Below, in pieces: positions 1 to 7,779 of a stretch of 42,193 nt of DNA. Made by a program: the position numbers and the translations under genes. Origin of the DNA: an uncultured Ignavibacteria bacterium (GTDB taxonomy: Bacteria > Bacteroidota > Ignavibacteria > Ignavibacteriales > Ignavibacteriaceae); assembly GCA_937996765.1 (NCBI GenBank), contig CALKUG010000006.1:1-42193 (forward strand). The letters are read 5' to 3'. The notes beneath the pieces were generated by a model that did not search any database, had not been told where the DNA came from, and worked only from the letters and a program-made list of their open reading frames with translations. The first letter of the stretch is position 1; each line of letters starts with the position of its first letter.

Positions 1-3000
1 GGTTCACTCTATCGATTCACCGGCTACTCTACGCTCGATGGCCTTTCGCAAAGTTCGGTACTTTCTCTTATTCAAGATAAAACGGGGTATATGTGGTTTG
101 GAACCGGTGATGGACTTAACCGCTTCGATGGCTATTCGTTCAAGGTTTTCACCAATAATAATTCCGTAGAAACATCGATTTCCGATAACGGGATTTCTTC
201 GTTGGCTCTTTCCTCTTCGGGGCGATTATTAATTGGAACTGTTAACGGCTCAGTGAATATATATAACGAACGGACACGTGAATTTAAGGATATTACTTTC
301 CCAACCTTAGAAGATACCATTACTTTTACCACAATGGATTTGGAACAACTTCCGGTCATCTTTACACGTCTTCGTGCTAAATCAATTATTTCTTTAGTTG
401 AAGATAATTTTGGGTTCTATTGGGCAGGTACTCTTAACCAGGGCTTAATTCGTGTAGATCCACGAACCGGAGAAAGCATTCGCTTTTTGGCTTACGGAAC
501 GCAGGGGAAAAACCTGCGGTCAAACAGAATTAAAAAATTACATTTTGATAGACATGGCAATCTATGGATTGGAACCATTATGGGCGGGCTTTCTCTTATT
601 CCTAATTTTGAGCTCTACGCACTTTCTCAGAATTCGGGGCATCAATTCACATTCAAAACATTTGGTGTGCGTGAGGGTTTGCCCATACCTTCTGAAACAA
701 TTATGGATATTGCTTCTGTTGAGAACGAATTGTTATTGGCGAGTTATGGCTCGGGTTTAATTAGATTAAAATACTCTATTGATTTTAAAAATACATCCCT
801 CAGCCAAGTTTTGTTTTCTAACAAACTGCGGCCATTACCATCTGATAATCTACTTACCACAATTCAGCTTGTTCAAAGCGGTGAGTTATGGGTGGGAACC
901 TTTGGTTCCGGTATGATAGCTTACACTCTTTCCGATTCAGAGTATCGCTTTTTTGTGAATGAACCCAACAGTACAAATTCGCTTATCGATAATTATGTCC
1001 TTTCTTCTTACCTGGATAGATCAGGTTTGCTTTGGGTGGGAACACATTTAGGTGCGGGTATTTCAAAAATTGAAAAGACGAAACCAAAATTTAGTGTACT
1101 AAGAGCAGCACCAGGTGGCGAAGGCTCTTTGAACAATAGTATGGTGTGGTCAATTTCTGCAAACGAAACAGAACTTTGGGTGGGAACTTCATCCGGTGGT
1201 TTGAATTTTTTAAATCGCAAAACGGGTGCGTTTTCTTATTTCAAACACAACCCTTCTGATCCCAATTCGCTTAGCGATAACCATATACGTTCTATTAGAA
1301 GAATGAGCAATGGCGCTTTTTGGATAGGCACATTCGGTAAAGGGCTGAACTATTTTAACCCGACAACAAATTCTGTTATTCGCTATACTCATAACCCAGC
1401 TGATTCACTCAGCATATCAGGGCAGCAAGTATTAACGATGGTTCTCGAGGGAGATTCCTTATTATACATAGGTACGTTTGGTGGTGGTTTAGATGTTGCA
1501 CGTATTGATCGGAGGACAGGCAGTCTCCAAATTATCGCGAAATATAAGCATAACCCTAATGACGCTTTCTCACTGAGTGATAACCGCGTGTATGCAATGA
1601 TACGTGATTCTCATGGGTATATGTGGGTAGGAACATTAGGAGGGGGTTTAAACAAGTTCGACCCTGTAAAAAAAACCTTTACTCGCTTTAGGGCAAACAA
1701 TGCAAAAAATTCACTTTCAGATGACAGAATTATTTCATTACATATTGATAGATCGGGTTTTTTGCTTATTGGCACCTTTGGTGGGGGGTTAAATAGGTTC
1801 GATGTACAGAAAAATACCTTCTGGGCTTTTAACGAATCGAATGGCTTTATATGTGATGTAGTTTATGGTGTATTTGATGATAAAAAAGGGAACCTCTGGC
1901 TGAGTACAAATACCGGCATACTTAAAATAAACCCTGACTTAACAACCGTCACTCAGTTTAATGAGCAAGATGGTGTGCAGAGTTTGGAGTTTAGCGGTGG
2001 CGCTTCGTTTGAGGCAGAAAGCGGAGAGTTGTTTTTTGGTGGTATTAATGGACTTAACTTTTTCTACCCTGATAGTGTTATTGAAAACTCATTTATTCCC
2101 CCGGTCGTAATTTCGAATATATCGATTTTTGATAGGGATATTTCGGGCGAAATAGACAGCTTAGTTTTGGATTATGATAAGAATTTTATCAGTTTCGAAA
2201 TAGCTGCTTTGGATTTCTCTCACCCGGAAGAGAACCGATATATCTATACTCTTGAGGGATTAGACAATCGCTGGCTGGAAGTAAATGCTGAGCAGCGCGT
2301 TATTAGTTATACTAACCTGGATCCTGGCACATATACCTTCAGAGTTCGTGGAAGCAATAACGACGGAATATGGAATAATACCGGTAAAGCAATAGTAGTT
2401 ATTATTAATCCGCCTTTTTGGAGAGAGTGGTGGTTTATTCTTTTTGCAACCATTCTGTTTTTGGCCGTCCTCTTTTTGTTATATCGATTCCGAAAATCGA
2501 ATTTTGAACGTCTTGAAGCTTTAAAAACTAAATTAGCAGCAGACCTCCACGATAACGTTGGTGCAGGGCTTACTGAAATTTCTATTCTCAGTGAGTTGGC
2601 AGCCACAAAGCAAGATGACAAAGAGAAACAAAATGAATATCTGCAAACCATTTCACAAAATGCCCGTCACTTAATTGACGGTATGAGTGATATTGTTTTT
2701 GTGGTTAACCCGAGTAGAGATACATTATTCGATCTTATTTCTAAACTAAAAGACTCCTATAGCGATTTTTTAAGTAATGTTGGTATTTCGTTTAAATCAA
2801 CCTCGGTTGAAGAACTACAATCTGTACGTCTGCCAATGGAGGTAAAGCAAAATATCTATCTTATATTCAAAGAGGGATTAAATAATGCTATCAAGCATAG
2901 TGAATGCCAACGGATCACTTTAAATGTTGAAAGAGAAGGGGGATATCTGATTTTACGACTTACAGATGATGGTAAAGGTTTCTCTTCCAAAAAGGAAATC

Positions 3001-3180
3001 AGTGGCAACGGTCTTAAAAATATGGAAACCCGTGCCCGACAAATTGATGCAAAAATTGAAATAAATACTTCACCCTATGGCACTAACATTGTGTTAACGG
3101 CTCCAATAGAACCAAATTCTTTTTTTGTTACTTTAAAGAAGAAGATTAACGAATTGAAAAAAAAGCTCATAAATGATTAA
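1..3180 (+). CDS. Sensor histidine kinase, 5'-truncated by the window edge: tandem two-component-regulator beta-propeller repeats + Y_Y_Y-like region + 1 TM + HisKA_3 + HATPase_c
   Basis: Frame 1 is open from nt 1 (GSLYRFTGYSTLDGLSQSSVLSLIQDKTGYMWFGT), so the ATG at 91 is internal. Many repeats of the ...LW[VI]GT.GGGLN.F motif. TM WWFILFATILFLAVLFLLY. H-box LAADLHDNVGAGLTEI. ATPase boxes EGLNNAIKHS, DDGKGF, GNGLKNM. Confidence 0.9.
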   Translation, partial: GSLYRFTGYSTLDGLSQSSVLSLIQDKTGYMWFGTGDGLNRFDGYSFKVFTNNNSVETSISDNGISSLALSSSGRLLIGTVNGSVNIYNERTREFKDITFPTLEDTITFTTMDLEQLPVIFTRLRAKSIISLVEDNFGFYWAGTLNQGLIRVDPRTGESIRFLAYGTQGKNLRSNRIKKLHFDRHGNLWIGTIMGGLSLIPNFELYALSQNSGHQFTFKTFGVREGLPIPSETIMDIASVENELLLASYGSGLIRLKYSIDFKNTSLSQVLFSNKLRPLPSDNLLTTIQLVQSGELWVGTFGSGMIAYTLSDSEYRFFVNEPNSTNSLIDNYVLSSYLDRSGLLWVGTHLGAGISKIEKTKPKFSVLRAAPGGEGSLNNSMVWSISANETELWVGTSSGGLNFLNRKTGAFSYFKHNPSDPNSLSDNHIRSIRRMSNGAFWIGTFGKGLNYFNPTTNSVIRYTHNPADSLSISGQQVLTMVLEGDSLLYIGTFGGGLDVARIDRRTGSLQIIAKYKHNPNDAFSLSDNRVYAMIRDSHGYMWVGTLGGGLNKFDPVKKTFTRFRANNAKNSLSDDRIISLHIDRSGFLLIGTFGGGLNRFDVQKNTFWAFNESNGFICDVVYGVFDDKKGNLWLSTNTGILKINPDLTTVTQFNEQDGVQSLEFSGGASFEAESGELFFGGINGLNFFYPDSVIENSFIPPVVISNISIFDRDISGEIDSLVLDYDKNFISFEIAALDFSHPEENRYIYTLEGLDNRWLEVNAEQRVISYTNLDPGTYTFRVRGSNNDGIWNNTGKAIVVIINPPFWREWWFILFATILFLAVLFLLYRFRKSNFERLEALKTKLAADLHDNVGAGLTEISILSELAATKQDDKEKQNEYLQTISQNARHLIDGMSDIVFVVNPSRDTLFDLISKLKDSYSDFLSNVGISFKSTSVEELQSVRLPMEVKQNIYLIFKEGLNNAIKHSECQRITLNVEREGGYLILRLTDDGKGFSSKKEISGNGLKNMETRARQIDAKIEINTSPYGTNIVLTAPIEPNSFFVTLKKKINELKKKLIND

Positions 3181-3808
3181 CGTTGTAATTGTTGAAGATA
3201 ATCGCATTATACGCGAAGGGTTAGCAACTCTCATAGATTCTACCGAAGGTTATGCCTGTATAGGTAACTTTGGTTCGGGTGAAGACTTCCTCGCTCAATT
3301 ACCAGGCCTTTCTGCGGATGTAGTTTTAATGGATGTTGGGCTGCCCGGGAAAAACGGAATTGATACTCTAAAAGAAGCTAAGGCAGATACCTCCGCCAAT
3401 TTTTTAATGCTTACTGTTTATGAGGACAATGAAGTAATTTTTGATGCACTCTGTGCAGGAGCTTGTGGGTATTTAGTAAAAAAAACTCCTCCCTCCCGTT
3501 TACTTGAAGCTATAAAAGAGGTGTTTGAAGGTGGCTCACCGATGAGCTCTCATATTGCTCGTAAGGTAATAACTGTTTTTCAAAAAAGCCCGGTTGCTGA
3601 AACTGAGTCAACTGATAGCGCCCTCACTACTCGCGAAAGAGATGTACTTGCTCTTTTGGGACAAGGTAATAACTACCAAGAAATTGCTAACTCGCTGTTT
3701 ATTAGCATTGACACCGTGCGACACCACATCCGAAACATCTACAAAAAGCTTCATGTGCACACACAGTCAGAAGCTGTGGCTAAAGCAATACGCAAAGGGC
3801 TCATATAA
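3173..3808 (+). CDS. Response regulator, NarL/LuxR family (REC + LuxR-type HTH)
   Basis: VVIVEDN...DVVLMDVGLPGKNGID receiver motifs. C-terminal LTTRERDVLALLGQGNNYQEIANSLFISIDTVRHHIRNIYKKL HTH. Its start overlaps the kinase stop by 8 nt. Confidence 0.92.
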   Translation: MINVVIVEDNRIIREGLATLIDSTEGYACIGNFGSGEDFLAQLPGLSADVVLMDVGLPGKNGIDTLKEAKADTSANFLMLTVYEDNEVIFDALCAGACGYLVKKTPPSRLLEAIKEVFEGGSPMSSHIARKVITVFQKSPVAETESTDSALTTRERDVLALLGQGNNYQEIANSLFISIDTVRHHIRNIYKKLHVHTQSEAVAKAIRKGLI

Positions 3809-3810
3809 GT

Positions 3811-3834
3811 AAAAAACCGCATAAGTATGCGGTT
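3811..3834 (-). terminator. Intrinsic terminator for minus-strand transcripts (end of the yeeE-side gene train)
   Basis: 8-bp stem aaccgcat/atgcggtt (3815-3822 / 3827-3834) with a 4-nt loop. On the minus strand it is followed by TTTTTT; on the plus strand no T-tract follows. It lies 3 nt beyond the plus-strand regulator stop codon. Confidence 0.55.
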
Positions 3835-3864
3835 GCGTGTTACGATTGTAATGGGTAAATAGCG

Positions 3865-4035
3865 GTTGACACTGAAGGTTTTAAGTGGTGCCCACTTAAC
3901 ACTTGGATAGGACCTGAGAGATTAGCCCCGGAATCATGATTCGCGGCTACTAATTCAAGGGATGAAGAGGTCCTAAACCATAACCAAGAAGATTCAGTGA
4001 TCTGACCAACGGAAACTCCAACCGTTGGTCTTTTT
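3865..4035 (+). ncRNA. Candidate structured small RNA (family not recognised) ending in an intrinsic terminator
   Basis: Nested helices read directly: cactgaa 3870-3876 / ttcagtg 3993-3999; hairpin ttaagtgg 3881-3888 / ccacttaa 3892-3899; cttgg 3902-3906 / ccaag 3984-3988; ggacct 3910-3915 / aggtcc 3968-3973; gattag 3920-3925 / ctaatt 3950-3955 (one G-U valid only on plus strand); apical hairpin 3926-3949. No protein-coding potential. The 5' end is not defined. Confidence 0.35.
4004..4035 (+). terminator. Rho-independent terminator, plus strand
   Basis: 9-bp stem gaccaacgg 4004-4012 / ccgttggtc 4022-4030, 9-nt loop, then TTTTT 4031-4035. On the minus strand no T-tract follows. Confidence 0.7.
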
Positions 4036-4036
4036 A

Positions 4037-4456
4037 TTAATGGGGCAGTTTTTCTTTAAAATAGCTATAAATGTAAGCGCCAACTATTCCTCCTATCAAA
4101 GTGAAAAGAGTTGGCCAAACGCCTCCGCCAATTTGCACATAAATTGGTCCGGGGCAGGTTCCTGTTAATGCCCAACCTATTCCAAAAACTACTCCACCAA
4201 AAACTAAGCCCCAGGAGAAAGTCCTTTTGGGAATCTCAATGGTTTCGTTGTCTAATATAGTTTTAGGCTTAAATTTTTTAATCAACCAAACACCTAACAT
4301 TCCGGTTACGATTGCAGAAAGGAATACTAAGAATATGTGTGATTCTTCGAGTGCGAGCATTTTTTCAATACGTTCGTAATTTGCCAAATCACCCAATACT
4401 ATTGCAGCTCCGGTATAAACACCTAATGCCACGTATGCAATTTGCTTTAGTATCAT
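4037..4456 (-). CDS. YeeE/YedE (Sulf_transp/DUF395) family membrane protein, second half of a split pair
   Basis: Polytopic membrane protein with the GWALTGTCPGPIYVQIG motif. Preferred start is the ATG at 4456 (MILKQIAYVALG), overlapping the upstream stop as ATGA. The track's longer 177-aa form would overlap the upstream gene by 118 nt. Confidence 0.75.
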   Translation of the reverse strand: MILKQIAYVALGVYTGAAIVLGDLANYERIEKMLALEESHIFLVFLSAIVTGMLGVWLIKKFKPKTILDNETIEIPKRTFSWGLVFGGVVFGIGWALTGTCPGPIYVQIGGGVWPTLFTLIGGIVGAYIYSYFKEKLPH

Positions 4457-4920
4457 AGCAAGCCCATTAAAAAGCGTGTTATAATTGCACTGGTGAAGAA
4501 TGAGGCTATTCCGTAAAATGTAACAAACTGAAATGTTGAAAGCCCTGTAATAGCTGTACCTGCAGTACACCCTCCTGCGTATCTTGCACCAAAACCAATT
4601 AATACTCCCCCTCCAAACAAAAGAGCTACACCTTCAATCGAATAAAATGATTCAGGCAAAAAAAAGAAATTTTGATTGGGAAGTAATAATTGAACTATTG
4701 GTGTTGCAAAAACCAATCCGAGCACAAAAGAGAAATTCCAGAGTTGGGGTTTCCAATCATACTGTAAAAATGGGATATTTTTGGTTGGAAATACTGCAGC
4801 GCAAAAGTGTTGGAACGTTGTAGTAATACGAAACATTTTATTGCCAAAAAGTAACAACAATGGAACGATGAGTCCCAGCATTGGTCCCACAATATACCAA
4901 GGCAAAAAAGGTTCGGGCAT
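4453..4920 (-). CDS. YeeE/YedE (Sulf_transp/DUF395) family membrane protein, first half of a split pair
   Basis: Hydrophobic 155-aa protein with the family motif FGARYAGGCTAGTAITG. Starts 2 nt after the upstream NlpC/P60 stop. Confidence 0.8.
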   Translation of the reverse strand: MPEPFLPWYIVGPMLGLIVPLLLLFGNKMFRITTTFQHFCAAVFPTKNIPFLQYDWKPQLWNFSFVLGLVFATPIVQLLLPNQNFFFLPESFYSIEGVALLFGGGVLIGFGARYAGGCTAGTAITGLSTFQFVTFYGIASFFTSAIITRFLMGLL

Positions 4921-4922
4921 AG

Positions 4923-5624
4923 CTACTCGGCTTTATTTGTTAAATAATCATACATTTCAGGTATTCTGCGTCCCCCAATATAACGAGAATCGTAATAGCT
5001 CTCGTTTAATGAGGAAACAATAACACCTTTTTTTGTACTTGCATGTACAAAGTAGTTCCCGTAGAGGTAAATGCCAACATGCCCCGGGTAAGCCCCACGG
5101 CGTGTATTAAAAAACACTAAATCACCAAAACCAAGTTCTTCACGAGAAGTAATAACTTCGCCCTGTGTAAACTGTTCACGTGCGGAGCGGAGCAATTTAC
5201 CACCCATACTCTCTCCATACACACTTAGTGTAAATGCAGAGCAGTCAATGCCTTTAAGCGAATTACCACCGTAACGATATGGGGTATCGAGGTATTTGAT
5301 GATGGTCATTATAAACTTTTCGCGCTTGGTAGCTCTATCCGCATCCATAGTGCTTTCATCTGAGAGAAGCGGTTCAAAAACCATACCTTTTTCGTATGCT
5401 TTTTCTTCGTAACCCTCTGGGTAATCATAGGCCTCTTCTTCTTCTAACAAACTTTCGTCGTTAATAGAAGATGAATCCTCTTGTGTATCAATTACCAAAT
5501 CGTAGCGGGTTTTGATTTCTTCTTCTTCGATGCGAGATGTGCCCGAAAAGCGGTCGGCTGTAGGAGTGCAGCCGGCAAAAAATGCTCCGGCTGCAACTAA
5601 CAATAATAAAAGGATATTCCTCAT
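4923..5624 (-). CDS. NlpC/P60 (C40) cell-wall peptidase lipoprotein
   Basis: Lipobox LLLLLVAAGAFFAGC. Acidic linker. Catalytic core YRYGGNSLKGIDCSAFT...GHVGIYLYGNYFVHAS. Confidence 0.88.
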   Translation of the reverse strand: MRNILLLLLVAAGAFFAGCTPTADRFSGTSRIEEEEIKTRYDLVIDTQEDSSSINDESLLEEEEAYDYPEGYEEKAYEKGMVFEPLLSDESTMDADRATKREKFIMTIIKYLDTPYRYGGNSLKGIDCSAFTLSVYGESMGGKLLRSAREQFTQGEVITSREELGFGDLVFFNTRRGAYPGHVGIYLYGNYFVHASTKKGVIVSSLNESYYDSRYIGGRRIPEMYDYLTNKAE

Positions 5625-5628
5625 GGCA

Positions 5629-6483
5629 CTATCCGAGATAAGCTTTGAGGTTCTTACTCCTTGATGCGTGTCTTAATCTGCGAATTGCTTTTTCTTTAAT
5701 TTGGCGAACACGCTCACGAGTCAAGTTGAATTTATCCCCAATCTCCTCTAAAGTAAGCGAATGCTCGTTGTTTAATCCAAAATAGAGCCTAATAACCTCT
5801 GCCTCACGCTCGGTTAAAGTAGAGAGAGCTCTCTCTATCTCAAGCTTAAGCGATTCGGACATCAAAATAGAATCGGGTGAAGGTTGCTGATCGTTAACAA
5901 GCACGTCAAGCAGTCTGTTATCTTCACCTTGAGCAAATGGAGCATCCATAGAAACGTGTCTGCCGGATATTTTAAGTGTATCGGCAACTTCGTTAACATC
6001 CATTTCCAATTCTGTTGCCAATTCGGCAGCAGAAGGTTCGCGCTCATACTCTTGCTCGAGTGCGCTATAAGCTTTACCAATTTTATTAAGAGCACCCACC
6101 CTGTTTAAAGGGAGGCGTACTATTCTGGATTGCTCAGCTAATGCTTGCAAAATAGACTGACGAATCCACCACACTGCGTACGATATAAATTTAAAACCAC
6201 GAGTCTCATCAAAGCGTTTTGCTGCTTTAATTAAGCCCAAATTTCCTTCGTTGATAAGGTCACCAAGTGAAAGACCCTGATTTTGGTACTGTTTAGCAAC
6301 ACTTACTACAAAGCGTAAATTAGCTTTAGTTAGCGCCTCGAGAGCACGCTGATCACCGGCTTTAATTTTAATAGCCAAATCAATTTCTTGTTCTGTGTTT
6401 AATAAGCTTACTTTGCCTATCTCTTGCAGATACTTATCGAGTGATTGGCTTTCGCGATTAGTGTATTGTTTTGTAATTCTCAC
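5629..6483 (-). CDS. rpoD: RNA polymerase primary sigma factor, short FCB-type sigma-70 (284 aa)
   Basis: [24 protein letters not shown]-terminus. Region 2 [13 protein letters not shown]. Region 4 [32 protein letters not shown] start with GAGG 8-9 nt upstream. Confidence 0.9.
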   Translation of the reverse strand: MRITKQYTNRESQSLDKYLQEIGKVSLLNTEQEIDLAIKIKAGDQRALEALTKANLRFVVSVAKQYQNQGLSLGDLINEGNLGLIKAAKRFDETRGFKFISYAVWWIRQSILQALAEQSRIVRLPLNRVGALNKIGKAYSALEQEYEREPSAAELATELEMDVNEVADTLKISGRHVSMDAPFAQGEDNRLLDVLVNDQQPSPDSILMSESLKLEIERALSTLTEREAEVIRLYFGLNNEHSLTLEEIGDKFNLTRERVRQIKEKAIRRLRHASRSKNLKAYLG

Positions 6484-6513
6484 TTATTCTACCTCACTTT
6501 CTATGAGTTTCAG

Positions 6514-6783
6514 TTATAAACGTGAATGCACGGAATCTACTATACCCACAATTGAAGCATCAACTGGGGCTGAGGAGACCGGCAATGGTATTACCGCTTC
6601 TGTTGCAGTTACATAAAGGACTATTTCACCTGCACCCGCACCAACGGTATCTACTGCAATAATTGGATCGCCAATTTTTTGCAACTCTGCGTTTAATGGT
6701 TCAACTATTAGAAACACGAAACTCTCTAAAGATTCGTATTTTTTCGTTGACCATATATTTCCGATTACTTTTCCTAAATACAT
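6514..6783 (-). CDS. EutN/CcmL-family bacterial microcompartment vertex (BMC-P) protein, 89 aa
   Basis: MYLGKVIGNIWSTKK...IIAVDTVGAGAGEIVLYV...PVDASIVGIVD aligns along its full length with EutN/CcmL proteins. Confidence 0.85.
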   Translation of the reverse strand: MYLGKVIGNIWSTKKYESLESFVFLIVEPLNAELQKIGDPIIAVDTVGAGAGEIVLYVTATEAVIPLPVSSAPVDASIVGIVDSVHSRL

Positions 6784-6837
6784 AGGTAATCATCCTAAGG
6801 ATTAAACCTTCGGTTAAAACCGAAGTCATTCGATATG

Positions 6838-7140
6838 TTAAAAATGTTCCGCTCTATCAGTTGTAATTTGCAACGCAGAAACATCAAGTTTATCTACTAT
6901 GCCCATAACAACCGCATCTATGGGTTTATTGTTAGTGAGTGAGGTTTGCCGTGCAGAACTTCCGGTTGCAACCATTACTATCTCACCTTCTCCTGCCCCA
7001 ACGCTATCTACTGCAATAACAAAATTTTCTTTTTGTTTAAGTTGCAAATCAAGCTGCCTTACTATCAGAAACTTTGCTCCTGTGAGGTTTTCATCTTTTT
7101 TTGTTGACCATACAGTTCCAACAACTTTTCCTAAGATCAT
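6838..7140 (-). CDS. EutN/CcmL-family bacterial microcompartment vertex (BMC-P) protein, 100 aa
   Basis: MILGKVVGTVWSTKKDENLTGAKFLIV...VIAVDSVGAGEGEIVMVATGSSARQ...KPIDAVVMGIVD closely resembles CcmL/EutN. GAGG lies 6 nt upstream of the ATG. Confidence 0.9.
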   Translation of the reverse strand: MILGKVVGTVWSTKKDENLTGAKFLIVRQLDLQLKQKENFVIAVDSVGAGEGEIVMVATGSSARQTSLTNNKPIDAVVMGIVDKLDVSALQITTDRAEHF

Positions 7141-7150
7141 TCATTACCTC

Positions 7151-7528
7151 TTATTTAAACTTTTGAATAGCTATATCAGTTCCTTCATATCGAAGGGGAT
7201 GCTGCGTTATTAATACTAAAGAATTCATTCTTGCCAACACAACCATCAGTTCCTCGCGTAACGCGAGTATTTTGCCCGTTTTGCCTACTTCTAAAGCATA
7301 CCTTCCGGGAATGCCAAGTACTTTGAGTGCGGAAAGTAATTGTTTAATCTTTAACTTCTCTGATTTACTTTCAGTAGAGAGCATCAACTCTGTGGCATTA
7401 AGTACAGAAGTGTAACAAACTCCTGAACTCAGTAATTCAACAAATAGCTCGGCCGAATAACTTCCGGTGAGAAATCCGGATAAAACATCTGTTTCAATGA
7501 GGTATTCCGGCACTATTTTCTTTTGCAC
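7151..7528 (-). CDS. PIN-like domain protein (VapC-like, partly degenerate acidic residues)
   Basis: YLIETDVL N-terminal strand, TELM, EELMVVLARMNSLVLIT, C-terminal TDIAIQKF layout typical of PIN. GTG start 2 nt after the upstream stop. Assignment is from motif pattern only. Confidence 0.45.
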   Translation of the reverse strand: MQKKIVPEYLIETDVLSGFLTGSYSAELFVELLSSGVCYTSVLNATELMLSTESKSEKLKIKQLLSALKVLGIPGRYALEVGKTGKILALREELMVVLARMNSLVLITQHPLRYEGTDIAIQKFK

Positions 7529-7530
7529 TA

Positions 7531-7779
7531 TTAAAGCTCTTTATCGGAAATATTAAGCAAGCACGTTCCATATGAGGATACCGCATCCAAAGCGATTTCA
7601 AACGGAATCCCTTGCACTTCGCTGATTTTTTCAGCTACTTGTCGGGTCTTGCTATCTAATACCGGTACTATTTCTATTGAAACATCAACCAATTTTTCTG
7701 CAAGCAATTCGGGATTAAAGTTTTCCTCGCCTTCGGCTATAAACGCGCCATCGGCCTTAAACTTTCCTCGAAATTTCAT
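7531..7779 (-). CDS. Small hypothetical protein, possible VapB-like antitoxin or adaptor (82 aa)
   Basis: The ATG overlaps the deoB stop (ATGA at 7776-7779). The N-terminal KFRGKFKADGAFIAEGEE...VDVSIEIVP pattern resembles small beta-rich PIN-associated antitoxins. No firm family call. Confidence 0.4.
   Translation of the reverse strand: MKFRGKFKADGAFIAEGEENFNPELLAEKLVDVSIEIVPVLDSKTRQVAEKISEVQGIPFEIALDAVSSYGTCLLNISDKEL

Noticed and set aside
3594-3812. 72-aa same-strand alternative-frame ORF inside the response regulator gene
   Set aside because: It lies entirely within the well-supported LuxR HTH coding region in another frame.
3866-3871. Perfect TTGACA hexamer on the plus strand as promoter of the candidate sRNA
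   Set aside because: The hexamer 17 nt downstream is tgccca, with no -10-like element. The TTGCGT(3833)-17-TAAATA alternative lacks the invariant final T. The 5' end is therefore left undefined.
3809-4036. Assignment of the structured gap RNA to SRP (4.5S), 6S, tmRNA or RNase P RNA
   Set aside because: There is no SRP domain-IV GGAA/AGCA motif pair. There is no tmRNA tag ORF or tRNA-like end. It is too short for RNase P. The fold is a three-way junction rather than the 6S rod with a central bubble. The family is left unassigned.
4457-4570. Long (177-aa) version of the second yeeE-half ORF
   Set aside because: The extra N-terminal 38 residues (MYCRYSYYRAFNISVCY...) overlap the upstream gene by 118 nt and look non-protein-like. 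The internal ATG at 4456 gives a clean ATGA junction.
6808-6825. Hairpin cttcgg-ttaaaa-ccgaag between the two eutN genes as a terminator
   Set aside because: It has only 6 bp and a poor U-tract (gtttaatcc on the minus strand). At most it is a weak attenuator or processing site, so it is not listed as a feature.
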